Virus record (IMG/VR): IMGVR_UViG_3300020403_000009
Coordinates: 1-59,415 of that record
Reading direction: 5' to 3' (one strand)
Length of the DNA stretch: 59,415 bases
Source of the DNA: a virus
Taxonomy: Duplodnaviria > Caudoviricetes
Part shown: piece by piece, positions 20,233 through 30,894 of the stretch
How the letters are laid out: every line of letters starts with the position of its first letter
Position numbering within the stretch: position 1 is the first letter of the stretch
Made by a program: the position numbers and the translations under genes
The notes under the pieces: model-generated
Seen by the model: only the letters and a program-made list of their open reading frames with translations
Database searches by the model: none
Told to the model about the DNA's origin: nothing

Positions 20233-21654
20233 CTACTCTTGGAATAAGAAGAAGTTGTTTGCACCTAAAGTACATACAGCTCTTTCTGATAAGAAGTGTA
20301 CTTCCATCGCATCTAAATCCGATGTAGCAGCTCCTCCAGCAGAACCTGTAATCCAAGTTTTGTATCTTCTGTCTTCTGTTTCAGAAGCTCTGTATCGAAC
20401 ATGAAGGAATGGTCTCTTCGCGTTCTTACCTAAAATCTGGTCGTATACTGTAGTAGAACCAGCTGGTACTAATAGTCCGTTGATACGGCCTGAGTTAGCT
20501 CCTGTTGGTAGTCCACCACGCATAGTTGGGTCATTTAAGTATTTCCAGTCAGACTTGTAGAAGTCATATCCTCTACGGAATCCAGTGAATCCTAGGTTTA
20601 ATGCCATGTCTTTATCATTGTCAAATAAACCATAAGATGTTCCACCAGCTCCATAAGAGTTCTGAGCTGCTAACATATCATCAATGTCAAAGCTAAATTC
20701 TCTATCAACGAAAATTACATTTTCTTCAATAGCTCCTTGCTTATCTAATCTTGAAATTACTGCATCAAAATCTGCTAATGCAGCTGGGTTTCCACCGCCC
20801 CATACATTTCCTCTATTTTCTACAACATAAAAAATACCTTCAGAGCCTTTGTTACCTACATCACCTGTAGCCGCAATAGCTCCTGAACCAACTTCAGCTG
20901 GTACAGCTTCAATCATTGCAGTTTCAAGATAGTCGTCAAAACGTAATCTTGTTTCATGCTCTGATTTTAGATACCATAAGTATCCAGATGCTCCATTTTC
21001 AGTAGTAACTTCAACCCATCCAATTTGTGCCATGTCAGACCCGCTTACAGCGTATTTGTCTTTGATAATGATTGGAGAGTTGTCAAAGATTTCATCGTCA
21101 GCTTCTAGTGAGCCTACCATTCCGTTAGTTCCTTTTTTAAATTCAGAACCATAAATGAATACTGTTCTTGTTAGTCCAGTACCACCAACTTGTCCGCCAG
21201 CTTCATAATAAGCTACATCAAAAGTACCTGCCGCTGTATCTACAGACGTAACAATACCTTTATTTAATCCTGCTCCTGCGTTATCAGAGATAACAACAGT
21301 CTGTCCTACACGAACTGCAATACTTCCAGTACCTGGTACTAATGCATCATTTACTGTAATTGTTGCTGTATCAGAAGCTGCTGCTGCTCCTGAAGCACAA
21401 TTAATATATTTAGTGTGTAATCTTCCTTGTTCTGCCCATTTGATAAGGTCAGAGTTAGACGGCATCTCTGCTCCTACTAAACGTAAGAAAGATGCAATAG
21501 TGCGATTTCCATATCGCTCAAACTCCTTTTCATAAGTATCAGGTAAATACTGATTTAAGAAATCAAAGTTTGTTATGTAATTAGTTGCCAAAGGCACCTG
21601 TTCTGCGCTTGGCTGTAAAGCAAACCCTGGGGTTGCTTGAACACTTCCTGCCAT
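20233..21654 (-). CDS. Major capsid protein
   Basis: 473 aa, follows portal and scaffold, strong codon bias, terminator after it; IKWAEQGRLH and HFLSER motifs. Confidence 0.85.
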   Translation of the reverse strand: MAGSVQATPGFALQPSAEQVPLATNYITNFDFLNQYLPDTYEKEFERYGNRTIASFLRLVGAEMPSNSDLIKWAEQGRLHTKYINCASGAAAASDTATITVNDALVPGTGSIAVRVGQTVVISDNAGAGLNKGIVTSVDTAAGTFDVAYYEAGGQVGGTGLTRTVFIYGSEFKKGTNGMVGSLEADDEIFDNSPIIIKDKYAVSGSDMAQIGWVEVTTENGASGYLWYLKSEHETRLRFDDYLETAMIEAVPAEVGSGAIAATGDVGNKGSEGIFYVVENRGNVWGGGNPAALADFDAVISRLDKQGAIEENVIFVDREFSFDIDDMLAAQNSYGAGGTSYGLFDNDKDMALNLGFTGFRRGYDFYKSDWKYLNDPTMRGGLPTGANSGRINGLLVPAGSTTVYDQILGKNAKRPFLHVRYRASETEDRRYKTWITGSAGGAATSDLDAMEVHFLSERAVCTLGANNFFLFQE

Positions 21655-21673
21655 AATAATTAATTTTTAAAAT

Positions 21674-22834
21674 TTACTTTCTTTTAATACTTCTAATTTT
21701 TAAGCCTCGTCCCGAATCAGGGTTAACTGACTTAACTTGAAATCCTCCTTTATTAGTCACTTCTGGTGCTTTACGCTCGCTCATATTTATATTTTTAGTT
21801 TTGCGTATCACATCTTCTGTGGCTTCAGACTTACCTTGCTCGTAAAAGAACTTGGCAAATTTGTCAGGATTCATTGCGATTGATAAAGCTCGATGGTATC
21901 CAGCAGCATCTTTAATCAAACCTTTATCATCCAAGTACTTATTAATAAAGTTCATTGGAGTTTCTTGGTTTTTCTTAATTGTCTGCGTATCACCTGGAGA
22001 GAAGGTTACTGTTTTGTCGTCAAGCACGAAATCAAAACCTTTGAAATCTTCAGTAAAAACTTTATCGGTTTCTTTTAAGAACCAATTACGTTTTGCCTCA
22101 CTTTCCTGTTGTTGAGTTTTAACAGATTCTAAGTATTGCCTATATTCTTGAAGCTCTTCATTGTTGCTCTGAGAATCAACAGCCGGTCTTGACTCAAGGG
22201 GCTGCTTGTATAATTCTTTTTGCTCATTAAAAAACTTCTTTGCTTTAGCAATAGCTTTTTTCTTTGCTAATTTAGTTTTCTTGATTACAGATTCATCATC
22301 CAGTTCTTCGTCATAAGAATAATCCTCCATTAAGGAATCAATATCTTCAGGGTCTAAACCTTCGCCTTCTGTAATTGTCAAATACTCTCTAAGCAAAGAG
22401 TCAGGATTCATAGCACTAAAGTCCCTCTGTAATTTTACATAGTCTTCAATACCTCTTCCTGTTTCTTTTTTATACTTAAAATAGGCTGCAACATCTTCTG
22501 GAAGCTCTTCAGCTTCTTCTCTAGCTGCATTTAATTCATCTAATGAATTAATTTCCCTACCGTATCTTTTACCAATATATGAAAGAACGTCTTGTTCAGA
22601 TAACTCGGCTGGCTCTTCAACCGACTCGGGTTTATCTTCAATTTTTTCTTCTTCTACTTTAGGAGTGTCGTTAACGACACTTTCCTCAGCAAAATCCATT
22701 TTTATCTGAGGAGTTTCTTCTGTTGTCTCAGAAGTTTCATTTAACTTCTCCTCATGCTTATCAAGAAGTTCTTGTTCAACCTCTTGCACTGATTTTTCTT
22801 CTACGGTATCTACCGCTCTTACTTTTAATTCCAT
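21674..22834 (-). CDS. Scaffold-like protein
   Basis: Very acidic helical protein between portal and capsid genes. Confidence 0.65.
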   Translation of the reverse strand: MELKVRAVDTVEEKSVQEVEQELLDKHEEKLNETSETTEETPQIKMDFAEESVVNDTPKVEEEKIEDKPESVEEPAELSEQDVLSYIGKRYGREINSLDELNAAREEAEELPEDVAAYFKYKKETGRGIEDYVKLQRDFSAMNPDSLLREYLTITEGEGLDPEDIDSLMEDYSYDEELDDESVIKKTKLAKKKAIAKAKKFFNEQKELYKQPLESRPAVDSQSNNEELQEYRQYLESVKTQQQESEAKRNWFLKETDKVFTEDFKGFDFVLDDKTVTFSPGDTQTIKKNQETPMNFINKYLDDKGLIKDAAGYHRALSIAMNPDKFAKFFYEQGKSEATEDVIRKTKNINMSERKAPEVTNKGGFQVKSVNPDSGRGLKIRSIKRK

Positions 22835-22879
22835 TTAATTTAATTTAGATTACAAATTTACTTAAAATATTAATGCTCA

Positions 22880-25315
22880 TTATCGAGGTGAAAACTCTGA
22901 TAAATCAAAGCCATCTAAGCTATCTTCATTAGATTCAAAATTCTGTGGTGGTAAATTATTTTTGCGCTGTGCAATTAATTTACTTTGCTCAGTGTTTTGC
23001 TGACTAATTCTTTCCTTCTTAGCTTCTTCTCTTGCCCCCTCTCTGAATGCTAATGCTTGTTCGCTCACATTTCGAAGCTGAACATTATAATCAAACTCTT
23101 GCTGCATCAATTGAGATTTAAGCTGGGCTTCTGATTTTTGCTTCTCAATCTCAAATGCTATTTCTGCTTGCTTAACTTTCATCTTAGATTGCGTCTCAAG
23201 CTCTATCTTCTGCATAGCTACTTGTGCAGCCATCTCCTGAGACTTGAGCTGTTGTTGAGCTGTCATCGCTTGTTTTTGCATAGCCATTCTTTCATCACGC
23301 TCCTGTTTAGCAAGTCTCTTAACTTTTAACAATTGATTAGCAAGTTTCAAGTTTTTAATCTCACGAATATCTATAGCATCTTCAAGATTAATATCTTGTT
23401 TAGATAAAGCCATTTGTATATTCTGCTCAAGCATAGCTTTTTGCTCTTCATCGGGCGATAATTCTATAAACACACCAAAATCATAAATATACAAGTCAGA
23501 TATTTCTCCAAGTATACTTACGTTATATTTACCAATCTTATTTACAAAGTCTTCTTTAAAATCTGAATACTCTAAAATATCTGCGATACGATACGTCAAT
23601 GCCTCTGCTAGACTTCTATATATATAAAGACTTCCTTCTAATATGTGCCTTGTAGCTGTGTTTGAATTTAAAGCTGCTAACTTCTGCACACCAACCAAAG
23701 CATCTGGAGATGGTGTAGAACCGTCTCTCGCTTCATTTAAGCCCGTTACAGAGCGAATCATATCTAGGTAGTGGTTATAGTTAGCTATAAGCATTTGTGT
23801 CTTAGAAGCTCCAGAACTGCTTGTAAGCTGTTGTATCGGAACTTTACCTTGATTATATTCTCCATCTTGCGTATAACTTCTACCCACTACACTACCTGTT
23901 TGGAAGTATAGTCTTAATGCATCTGATGGGTCGTATGCTGCTCCTGTACCTAAGTCAACTTCATTGAGTCCATCGGCATCAATATATACACCATCTGGTA
24001 CTGTTCTGGCAATAACTTGTTGTAACTTTAAATGTGTAACCTGTATTAAATCAGCAAAAGGAATCATTCGTCTTACTAAAGACTCAATAACTCCTTTGTA
24101 CATTCTAGGTGCTACAGCTACATAGTTAGGTAAAGCGTGCTGTGATGAGGATTTTGGTCGTACCATATTCTCTGCAAGCTCCCACTTTAACAGAATATTT
24201 GTACCCATAACCATAACGCCATCATACCACACATCAATAGTTTTTTCTATTCTTTCAAACCTGCCATCTTCCATCATTTCTTGTGGCGGATTGAAAGTAT
24301 CATCTTTTTCTATCATCTTAGAACCACCACCCTCAAGTATTCTTTTCTTATAAACCATCTTTTTAGTGGTTTTATAATTAAAATACATTAGAGTACAGGT
24401 GTCTCTATAAAAGATATCATTCTCATAAAACTGAGCTACATTATAATAATCATACCAGCTCTGGCTGTATTTAGATATTTCCTCTAAATCTGCATTGGTT
24501 AGAGTTGGGTCAATTTTTATCAACTCAGCTATAGGTAATGTTTTGATTTCACCCCAATAAAAACAATCTTTAAAATGAGGGTCTTCAGTGTAGCTGTATA
24601 CAACATTAGCTGGGTCAACGTAAGATATTTTAACTCCAGCTCCAGGTAAAAACTCGTGCTTTGCAACAGACATACCTAAAACTGTAGAGTCATAGTCTAA
24701 CTGTTTACGAATATCATCATAATGATTCTCTGCAAACATGGTATCTATTGCTTCTTCTTCTGCAATCTCAATCGCAGGCTTGTAGTTTAAATTCATATAC
24801 AGAGAAAGCTCCTCATCAGAAGATGGAAGTTCGTCAGGGTCCATAATAAATGGGTCTACTCCTGTCTGCTCTTGTATCGTAGTCAAGATATCTTTGGCAG
24901 CCATCTGGCCTTCTATCATATCTTGGTATTTACTTCTCTTAGCTTGTGATAATGCGTCTTGAGCGTAAGCTTTAACCTTAAACTCTCGGTCTTGCATACC
25001 ATTGACAACTATATCTACAAACTTAGGCAATATAGGAACTGGTGTCCAGTCTAAGTTTAGATAAGACAAGTCTCCATCTACTGCAATTTCGTTTTTATAT
25101 TTAGCTATTGATTGCTCTCCTCTTGCGTATAAACGCAGTCTGTGAAAGTCTCTCCATTGATTGTAATATCTACATTGGTTTCCATCTTTTTTAAACCACT
25201 CGTATTGAATAGCCTGTCCTATCTGTAAACCAAATTCGTCAGTTGCTTTTTCTGCATCTGAAACAAATTGACTTGGAAAGCCTGTAGATGCAATGTCTAT
25301 TGTAACATCCTTCAT
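22880..25315 (-). CDS. Portal protein
   Basis: 811 aa after terminase; LDWTPVPILPKFVDIVVNG, TGLNEARDG, Gln-rich coiled-coil C-terminus. Confidence 0.85.
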   Translation of the reverse strand: MKDVTIDIASTGFPSQFVSDAEKATDEFGLQIGQAIQYEWFKKDGNQCRYYNQWRDFHRLRLYARGEQSIAKYKNEIAVDGDLSYLNLDWTPVPILPKFVDIVVNGMQDREFKVKAYAQDALSQAKRSKYQDMIEGQMAAKDILTTIQEQTGVDPFIMDPDELPSSDEELSLYMNLNYKPAIEIAEEEAIDTMFAENHYDDIRKQLDYDSTVLGMSVAKHEFLPGAGVKISYVDPANVVYSYTEDPHFKDCFYWGEIKTLPIAELIKIDPTLTNADLEEISKYSQSWYDYYNVAQFYENDIFYRDTCTLMYFNYKTTKKMVYKKRILEGGGSKMIEKDDTFNPPQEMMEDGRFERIEKTIDVWYDGVMVMGTNILLKWELAENMVRPKSSSQHALPNYVAVAPRMYKGVIESLVRRMIPFADLIQVTHLKLQQVIARTVPDGVYIDADGLNEVDLGTGAAYDPSDALRLYFQTGSVVGRSYTQDGEYNQGKVPIQQLTSSSGASKTQMLIANYNHYLDMIRSVTGLNEARDGSTPSPDALVGVQKLAALNSNTATRHILEGSLYIYRSLAEALTYRIADILEYSDFKEDFVNKIGKYNVSILGEISDLYIYDFGVFIELSPDEEQKAMLEQNIQMALSKQDINLEDAIDIREIKNLKLANQLLKVKRLAKQERDERMAMQKQAMTAQQQLKSQEMAAQVAMQKIELETQSKMKVKQAEIAFEIEKQKSEAQLKSQLMQQEFDYNVQLRNVSEQALAFREGAREEAKKERISQQNTEQSKLIAQRKNNLPPQNFESNEDSLDGFDLSEFSPR

Positions 25316-27580
25316 CTATCTTATTAATTCACTTAAAGTTCCCTTATTTGTATACCTTGCAAAGTTAAGGTTTATTTTTGATTGTTTTTTTTCGACCTGA
25401 TACATATGTCTTTGTGTAGCCATAATCGCTAACCCAGAACTAATACTGGCATCAAACTTAGTTCTATTGTTTATATCAAACTTTGCCCAATCTTCTAAAG
25501 TCCTGGTAAACAACATATTTCCCATGTCTCCAGACTCTCTATACTGTCCATCAAAATCTATTCCTACATTTTTTTCTATGTAAGATTCAATTGCAGCAGC
25601 ATGAGACTGCTTCACATCCTCAGAACTATTAGGTATACCACCCAGTTCTTTTTCTGATTTTGACAACTTAGATATATGCTTATCTGGTCTATTCATAGAA
25701 AAACCTCTATATCCTCTGTTTTTAAAATGATATAACAATCTAGGTTTATTATTCTCTACCAGTATAGGCATACCATAAAATATGCACGCCATCAAAACTT
25801 CTTCAAAAAATATCTCAGCAGTCTGTGGTCTAGCCACATACTCCAAGAAAAACTCATTTGCAGGAGCTTCCTCCATGCTAAATTTTGTCATCCCGTGCAA
25901 AGCTCCATTAGAACCACCGCCACCTACAGTTCCAGATATATCATATGAGTCACATCCGAACGCACCTATATGGTCGTTACCTGGAAACTTTACACCTCTT
26001 CTCTCAATAACATGATTTTGTAAGTTTTTAGAAGGCAGCCAACTAACTAAAAACCTTCCTCGTTTATCAGGACTAAAAGCAACCTTAGAATCTTTAATAC
26101 CGTTTAACCAATAAAAATTACCTCTTGTTAAATGATGCTCTAATATTAAAGAGTCATTATAATCTATCTGCTGGTATATTTTTGTAAGGTTAAAAAGAGA
26201 AGACTTACTCTCGTCTCTGAATGCGTGAGATTCGGTTCTAGGAAACTGTCTATAAAATTCATTCAGTGCATCTGCATCTGACTTTAATGAATCTACTTCA
26301 GCTTGCCAGTAATCTATAGCTCCATTTGTAATCCACTCTCCATCAACGCCTTTAGTTTTTTCTTGTGGAGTTCTAAGTACAGGTTGTCCGTATATATCTA
26401 TAAAGCCTTCCATATTCATTTCCATAGGAATAAATAAAGAATACATACCACTCTTAGTTTGTCCGTTCGCATTTCTTTTCGTTACATCAGAATCCTCATA
26501 AAGTTTTTTAAAATTATTACCACCCTTATCTAATGCATTTGAAGTAGAACCCATCAAGCACTTGCCTATAATTTTACTACCTAGTCTTAAACAAGTTTTA
26601 GTAACTCTCCAGTTGTTTAATATGTTGTTTGGTTTAATCCACTTACCACTCTCATCATGAACTAATAATAATAATTTCTCACCATCATAAGAGTTGTCGT
26701 CTGTATTCTTCCAGTCAATAGTGGTATCAAGTCCTGTAAGCTCATCATCGACTGTATCGTACATATTTTTCTTTGTAATCTTAGAAGCTGGAACTCTAAA
26801 AGCTAATTCAGTCTTTGGTTTATCCATACCATCCTGTATGGGTTTAAAAAAGAAAGGAAGTCTATTAGATATAGGAACTACTTTATCGGTAAACATTTTT
26901 TTAGAATCTGCTCCTGTCTTTGATAATATTCCTACTCTAGAATCTTTTGCTAGTGTCCCTGCATTTACACACTCAGAAGAACCCATAAATGAAAATCCTG
27001 AACGTCTTATCTTTAAGTATATCATTCCAAAAGCTCGCTTGTCTGCTTTACAGGCCTCCCAAAAAATATAAAATATTCTGTTTGCCTCTCTATAATCTGG
27101 ATAACCCACATCAATTGCTGACCACTGCAAGTACATATAATGAGAACCTGTAATATAAGTTGGCTGTCCATTATTCATAAACCAATGCCCTTCTTCTCTA
27201 CTGTCAAACTCAGACTCAATATAGTCTACCCACTTTGACTTAAAAGCGGTAGGCATCTCATTCCACTGAAATATAGAATATATCCTAGACAGTTCTTTAG
27301 GCAGTTCCTGTCTTTCCCAATACTGTTCTGATTTAGTTTTAGACCTTGAAAAACAATTTTTAGGAGCTACAGGCAATCCCACTCTTAACCCTGATATTTC
27401 TACAACTTCTCCGAGCGTACCATTTTTAGAAATACAAACAAAATCATATTTGTCATTGTACCCATACTCCCAAGTCTTAGCTCTATTTTTATTAGCCAAT
27501 ACACCTTTAGGTATATATCCATCTAAAACTTTATAGATACTACTTCGAGCGTCTTTCTGCAAATCCTTGTTTTGTTTCAA
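25316..27580 (-). CDS. terL: Terminase large subunit
   Basis: KIRRSGFS Walker A-like, LLVHDESGKW Walker B, MGST motif III, GCDSYD nuclease. Confidence 0.9.
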   Translation of the reverse strand: MKQNKDLQKDARSSIYKVLDGYIPKGVLANKNRAKTWEYGYNDKYDFVCISKNGTLGEVVEISGLRVGLPVAPKNCFSRSKTKSEQYWERQELPKELSRIYSIFQWNEMPTAFKSKWVDYIESEFDSREEGHWFMNNGQPTYITGSHYMYLQWSAIDVGYPDYREANRIFYIFWEACKADKRAFGMIYLKIRRSGFSFMGSSECVNAGTLAKDSRVGILSKTGADSKKMFTDKVVPISNRLPFFFKPIQDGMDKPKTELAFRVPASKITKKNMYDTVDDELTGLDTTIDWKNTDDNSYDGEKLLLLVHDESGKWIKPNNILNNWRVTKTCLRLGSKIIGKCLMGSTSNALDKGGNNFKKLYEDSDVTKRNANGQTKSGMYSLFIPMEMNMEGFIDIYGQPVLRTPQEKTKGVDGEWITNGAIDYWQAEVDSLKSDADALNEFYRQFPRTESHAFRDESKSSLFNLTKIYQQIDYNDSLILEHHLTRGNFYWLNGIKDSKVAFSPDKRGRFLVSWLPSKNLQNHVIERRGVKFPGNDHIGAFGCDSYDISGTVGGGGSNGALHGMTKFSMEEAPANEFFLEYVARPQTAEIFFEEVLMACIFYGMPILVENNKPRLLYHFKNRGYRGFSMNRPDKHISKLSKSEKELGGIPNSSEDVKQSHAAAIESYIEKNVGIDFDGQYRESGDMGNMLFTRTLEDWAKFDINNRTKFDASISSGLAIMATQRHMYQVEKKQSKINLNFARYTNKGTLSELIR

Positions 27581-27821
27581 CTTTAACGTCTGTATTATTT
27601 GATAAGTTTATATTCTCCTGCTCCTGGTCTATTTTATTTAATATATCAAAAGCATCAAAAATAGCAAGCTTCTTAGTTGCAGCTGCGTTCTTTAATCTAT
27701 CTGCCGCCAGCTCATCTTCAGGGTCTGGCTTAATAATGTCTTCTTTAGCAACTTTGATAAGCTGTTCTACAGCCTTTCTTCCTGCTTCAATTATTTTCTT
27801 CTTGAGTTCCTCTGATTTCAT
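27540..27821 (-). CDS. Putative terminase small subunit
   Basis: 93-aa helical protein directly upstream of terL. Confidence 0.45.
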   Translation of the reverse strand: MKSEELKKKIIEAGRKAVEQLIKVAKEDIIKPDPEDELAADRLKNAAATKKLAIFDAFDILNKIDQEQENINLSNNTDVKVETKQGFAERRSK

Positions 27822-27927
27822 TTTGTTTTATTGCATTATCCAAGTGAGCTTCCTCCCAGTGTATTCTGTAATCATATCCACCAGTAAATGTTTTATCACA
27901 CTGACTACATTTTATAGTGTGTTTCAT
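27787..27927 (-). CDS. 46-aa C2H2 zinc-finger protein
   Basis: MKHTIKCSQCDKTFTGGYDYRIHWEEAH...; ATGA overlap with the upstream stop; fills the intergenic gap. Confidence 0.7.
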   Translation of the reverse strand: MKHTIKCSQCDKTFTGGYDYRIHWEEAHLDNAIKQNEIRGTQEENN

Positions 27928-28487
27928 AAAGACATAGTAATGTGGTGGTCATACATTCTATATAACTTTTGACCATCTACATAAAACTCATATTCAGTAT
28001 CTGGTCTATAAGTAACAAGGTCTCCCTCTTTTATACCGTAGTTTTTTAAAGTTTTATTTATGTATTTCATTTTACCCATGAGCGGCTCTTCTGCAAAAGG
28101 TTTATGAATATAAGATTCAGTAACTGGTACTGGCTCTACAAAACAATATCTATCATGACAATACCATTTATTGTTTTTGTTGTACATATAAAACTGCTCG
28201 TTATCTACAAAAAACAAATCATCCATAAAAAAACTCTTCCCGCTCTTTTGCCTTCCTTGCATATCATAATAATACTTAAATACATTATGATGTACTAAAA
28301 GTATATCTCCTGACTCTATCTCTCCATCATATCCTATTGGAGTAGAAACTACAATAGCCTCTCTGTTAGAAGCTATGTGATTTTCTTCTGAAGTGCTAGT
28401 TATAAAATCAACTCCACCTATATTCTTTGAGTTATTATATCTTTTACCCTTTATGGGTTTTACTATAAAGTAAAAAGGTGACCTCAT
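27924..28487 (-). CDS. Tandem GroES-like protein
   Basis: Two GroES-like halves (IESGDILLVHH; IKEGDLVTY...EFYVDGQKLYRM). Confidence 0.55.
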   Translation of the reverse strand: MRSPFYFIVKPIKGKRYNNSKNIGGVDFITSTSEENHIASNREAIVVSTPIGYDGEIESGDILLVHHNVFKYYYDMQGRQKSGKSFFMDDLFFVDNEQFYMYNKNNKWYCHDRYCFVEPVPVTESYIHKPFAEEPLMGKMKYINKTLKNYGIKEGDLVTYRPDTEYEFYVDGQKLYRMYDHHITMSL

Positions 28488-28711
28488 TAGAAGTTTATAT
28501 TATATTCTACAGCAATTGGAATAGTAGCGTTAAATTCTTTCCATAAAAATATCTCATCATTTTTTTGAATCCATATTTTTATTGAGCCTTTCTGCTCATC
28601 CTGTTTTATTAAATGTATGCTGTGTGAACCTCCAAGTATTTCTTGTCCTACAATGTAATGCATTGAACTAGACTTATAGTCTGGACCTATTGATATCTTT
28701 CTAATATCCAT
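28487..28711 (-). CDS. Hypothetical protein
   Basis: 74-aa ORF with promoter motif at 28731-28738. Confidence 0.7.
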   Translation of the reverse strand: MDIRKISIGPDYKSSSMHYIVGQEILGGSHSIHLIKQDEQKGSIKIWIQKNDEIFLWKEFNATIPIAVEYNINF

Positions 28712-28742
28712 TGTATTAAATTTATTAATACAAATATAACGA

Positions 28743-29165
28743 TTATTTGCCTGGAAGTTTTACCCCTATTTTATCTGCCGTTCTTGCGCCAAAATATCCG
28801 CAAAGTACCCATGTTAAAAGAGAGGCTGTATCTTCTGTAGGAAGTCCCATATACCATCCGCCTACATAAGCCAATACTAATACTGTTAAAGTTAAAGGTC
28901 TTACATTTCTAGCGAGCCAACTCTGACTTCCAGAGTCTGCCACCCAACGTCTAGTTACACCATCAATCTCTGCTCTTTCTAGTCTAAGTTTTTCAAGGGC
29001 AATAGCTTTATCACCTTCACTAAGTTCTGAGTTTCCTGATATAAGTTCAGATATAACATTACCAGGAAGTATAGCATCTCCTACTATTCCTAAAATAGAA
29101 GGGGCTTTCTCAATAAGAAACTTACCCACTCCAGTTTCTTTAAATGGTTTTTTACCTTTACTCAT
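28743..29165 (-). CDS. Holin-like membrane protein
   Basis: RW.AD..SWLARNVRP, transmembrane segments, YFGAR; next to the endolysin. Confidence 0.7.
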   Translation of the reverse strand: MSKGKKPFKETGVGKFLIEKAPSILGIVGDAILPGNVISELISGNSELSEGDKAIALEKLRLERAEIDGVTRRWVADSGSQSWLARNVRPLTLTVLVLAYVGGWYMGLPTEDTASLLTWVLCGYFGARTADKIGVKLPGK

Positions 29166-29623
29166 ATCACTCGATATGTGGTTTTACCATTTATTCGCTC
29201 GGCTTTAAGGGAGCGCTTTCTATTTTCATCAAAAGATATAAAACTTACATGAACCCAATCTGGATTATTGTCATCTCCAAACTCCCATATAAGTTGGTCA
29301 AAATCTAAATTATCTTTGATATAATGAAACATTTCAGAATTTGTCTTATAGCCAAAGGTATCATCCAGGTCAATTGCTCTACCTTCGCAATGCTGTGAGC
29401 GTGAACTTCCACCGATAGCTCGGTTCAAATCTTCACATCTAAAAAAACTATTTATTTTTATAGGACCTCCTACAAATTCTCTAAGAGGTTCGAAAAGATT
29501 AATAGCAATATTAACCATATTAGAAACTTGGTAATCATCTGGAGTGTTGTTTATTCCTAATCGTGTAGCAGTATTGGATTTTATTGCTTCTTTGAATGAT
29601 ATGTGCTTACTTATTTTTTCCAT
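29162..29623 (-). CDS. Endolysin, peptidase M15 family
   Basis: INSFFR...N..IGGS..SQH..G.A.D, FDQLIWE, WVHVS. Confidence 0.9.
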   Translation of the reverse strand: MEKISKHISFKEAIKSNTATRLGINNTPDDYQVSNMVNIAINLFEPLREFVGGPIKINSFFRCEDLNRAIGGSSRSQHCEGRAIDLDDTFGYKTNSEMFHYIKDNLDFDQLIWEFGDDNNPDWVHVSFISFDENRKRSLKAERINGKTTYRVI

Positions 29624-29762
29624 ACATTAAGTACCATTTGTGGACTGTGTATCCAATTGATACTAAAAGTAATACAATTTTTAATACAATATCTATCTCA
29701 GTCATAGATACTCCTAATACCAAACTATTTATACCTAATATTTTTATATCATTAATATTCAT
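29607..29762 (-). CDS. Small membrane protein (holin/antiholin-like)
   Basis: 51 aa MNINDIKILG...IVLLLVSIGYTVHKWY; overlaps both neighbours. Confidence 0.65.
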   Translation of the reverse strand: MNINDIKILGINSLVLGVSMTEIDIVLKIVLLLVSIGYTVHKWYLMYGKNK

Positions 29763-30883
29763 TATGCTGTATAAGTACCACTCCCAGTATAGGTTAATAT
29801 TGTATCGCTGCCATCAGTTGTCACTGTTGGACTTCCTGTAGTTGTTCCGCTATATTCAGCTGTTGGTAGTCTTAAAATAACTACTCCTGAACCACCATTT
29901 TTTCCAAGTTGGTTGTTGTTATATTGAATACCACCACCGCCACCACCGCCTGTATTGGCAGTACCTGCGGTTGCAGTTTGACAAGATGTATCATATCCAC
30001 CACCTCCAGTACCTCCTCCTTCTGAGTTAGTACAAGCAGCAACTCCGTGACAGCCTACAAAATCTGAGCCACCTATTCCTCCACCTCCTCTTCCAACTGA
30101 TGTCCCAGTAATTGAAGAATAAGCTCCTGCATTTCCAGTACCTGCACCACCACCATTTCTTCCTGATGGCCCTCCAGATGAGTTACAACTTCCTTGTCCA
30201 TCATTACCTTGACCCGTAGTCCCTGTTCCATTTACTCCACAAGTAGAGCCACCCCAAGAGCCACCTCCACCACCAGAGCCTCCATCTCCTCCATCATTTA
30301 CTAAACCAGCTGATGCACAATCTGGACTTGGTCCACCTGCTCCACCTGTGCCTCCACCTATAGATGTTATTGTTGTAATATCTGCTCCTGAAATACTTGA
30401 GTTTCCCCCTCCATTTCCGTCTAAACCACCTGTATTATACTGAGGTTTTGTAGTTGTAGCAGCACCTCCACCACCAACTGTAATTGTATAAGTTGTTCCA
30501 ATCTTAAATCCTACAGGAGTTTCTGTTGATGACCCACCTCCTGAATCTTCAGATGCGTATGAGTTTCTATAACCGCCAGCTCCACCGCCACCACCTCTTG
30601 CTTGGCTGTATGGTGTGCTTCCTGCTTGAATAGTATTACCACCCGAACCACCACCAGCAATAATTAAATACGATACACTAATAGGGTCCGCTTTAACATC
30701 AGAAAACTGAATCCATTGAACGCCATCATAATACTCCACCTTATTATCAACTGTATTATATCTTATCTCTCCATTAGAAGCAGAGCTAGGTCTTGCAGCT
30801 GTTGTTCCAACTGGCAACTGAACAGATGCAGTATTATCATTAAAACCTAATAAGTCTGAACTTAATATTTTGGTAGTAGCCAT
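29762..30883 (-). CDS. Glycine-rich fibre protein
   Basis: GTTAARP, IRYNT, YLIIAGGGSGG, ANTGGGGGG, GGSGVVILR. Confidence 0.8.
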   Translation of the reverse strand: MATTKILSSDLLGFNDNTASVQLPVGTTAARPSSASNGEIRYNTVDNKVEYYDGVQWIQFSDVKADPISVSYLIIAGGGSGGNTIQAGSTPYSQARGGGGGAGGYRNSYASEDSGGGSSTETPVGFKIGTTYTITVGGGGAATTTKPQYNTGGLDGNGGGNSSISGADITTITSIGGGTGGAGGPSPDCASAGLVNDGGDGGSGGGGGSWGGSTCGVNGTGTTGQGNDGQGSCNSSGGPSGRNGGGAGTGNAGAYSSITGTSVGRGGGGIGGSDFVGCHGVAACTNSEGGGTGGGGYDTSCQTATAGTANTGGGGGGGIQYNNNQLGKNGGSGVVILRLPTAEYSGTTTGSPTVTTDGSDTILTYTGSGTYTA

Positions 30884-30894
30884 ATTTTATTTTT

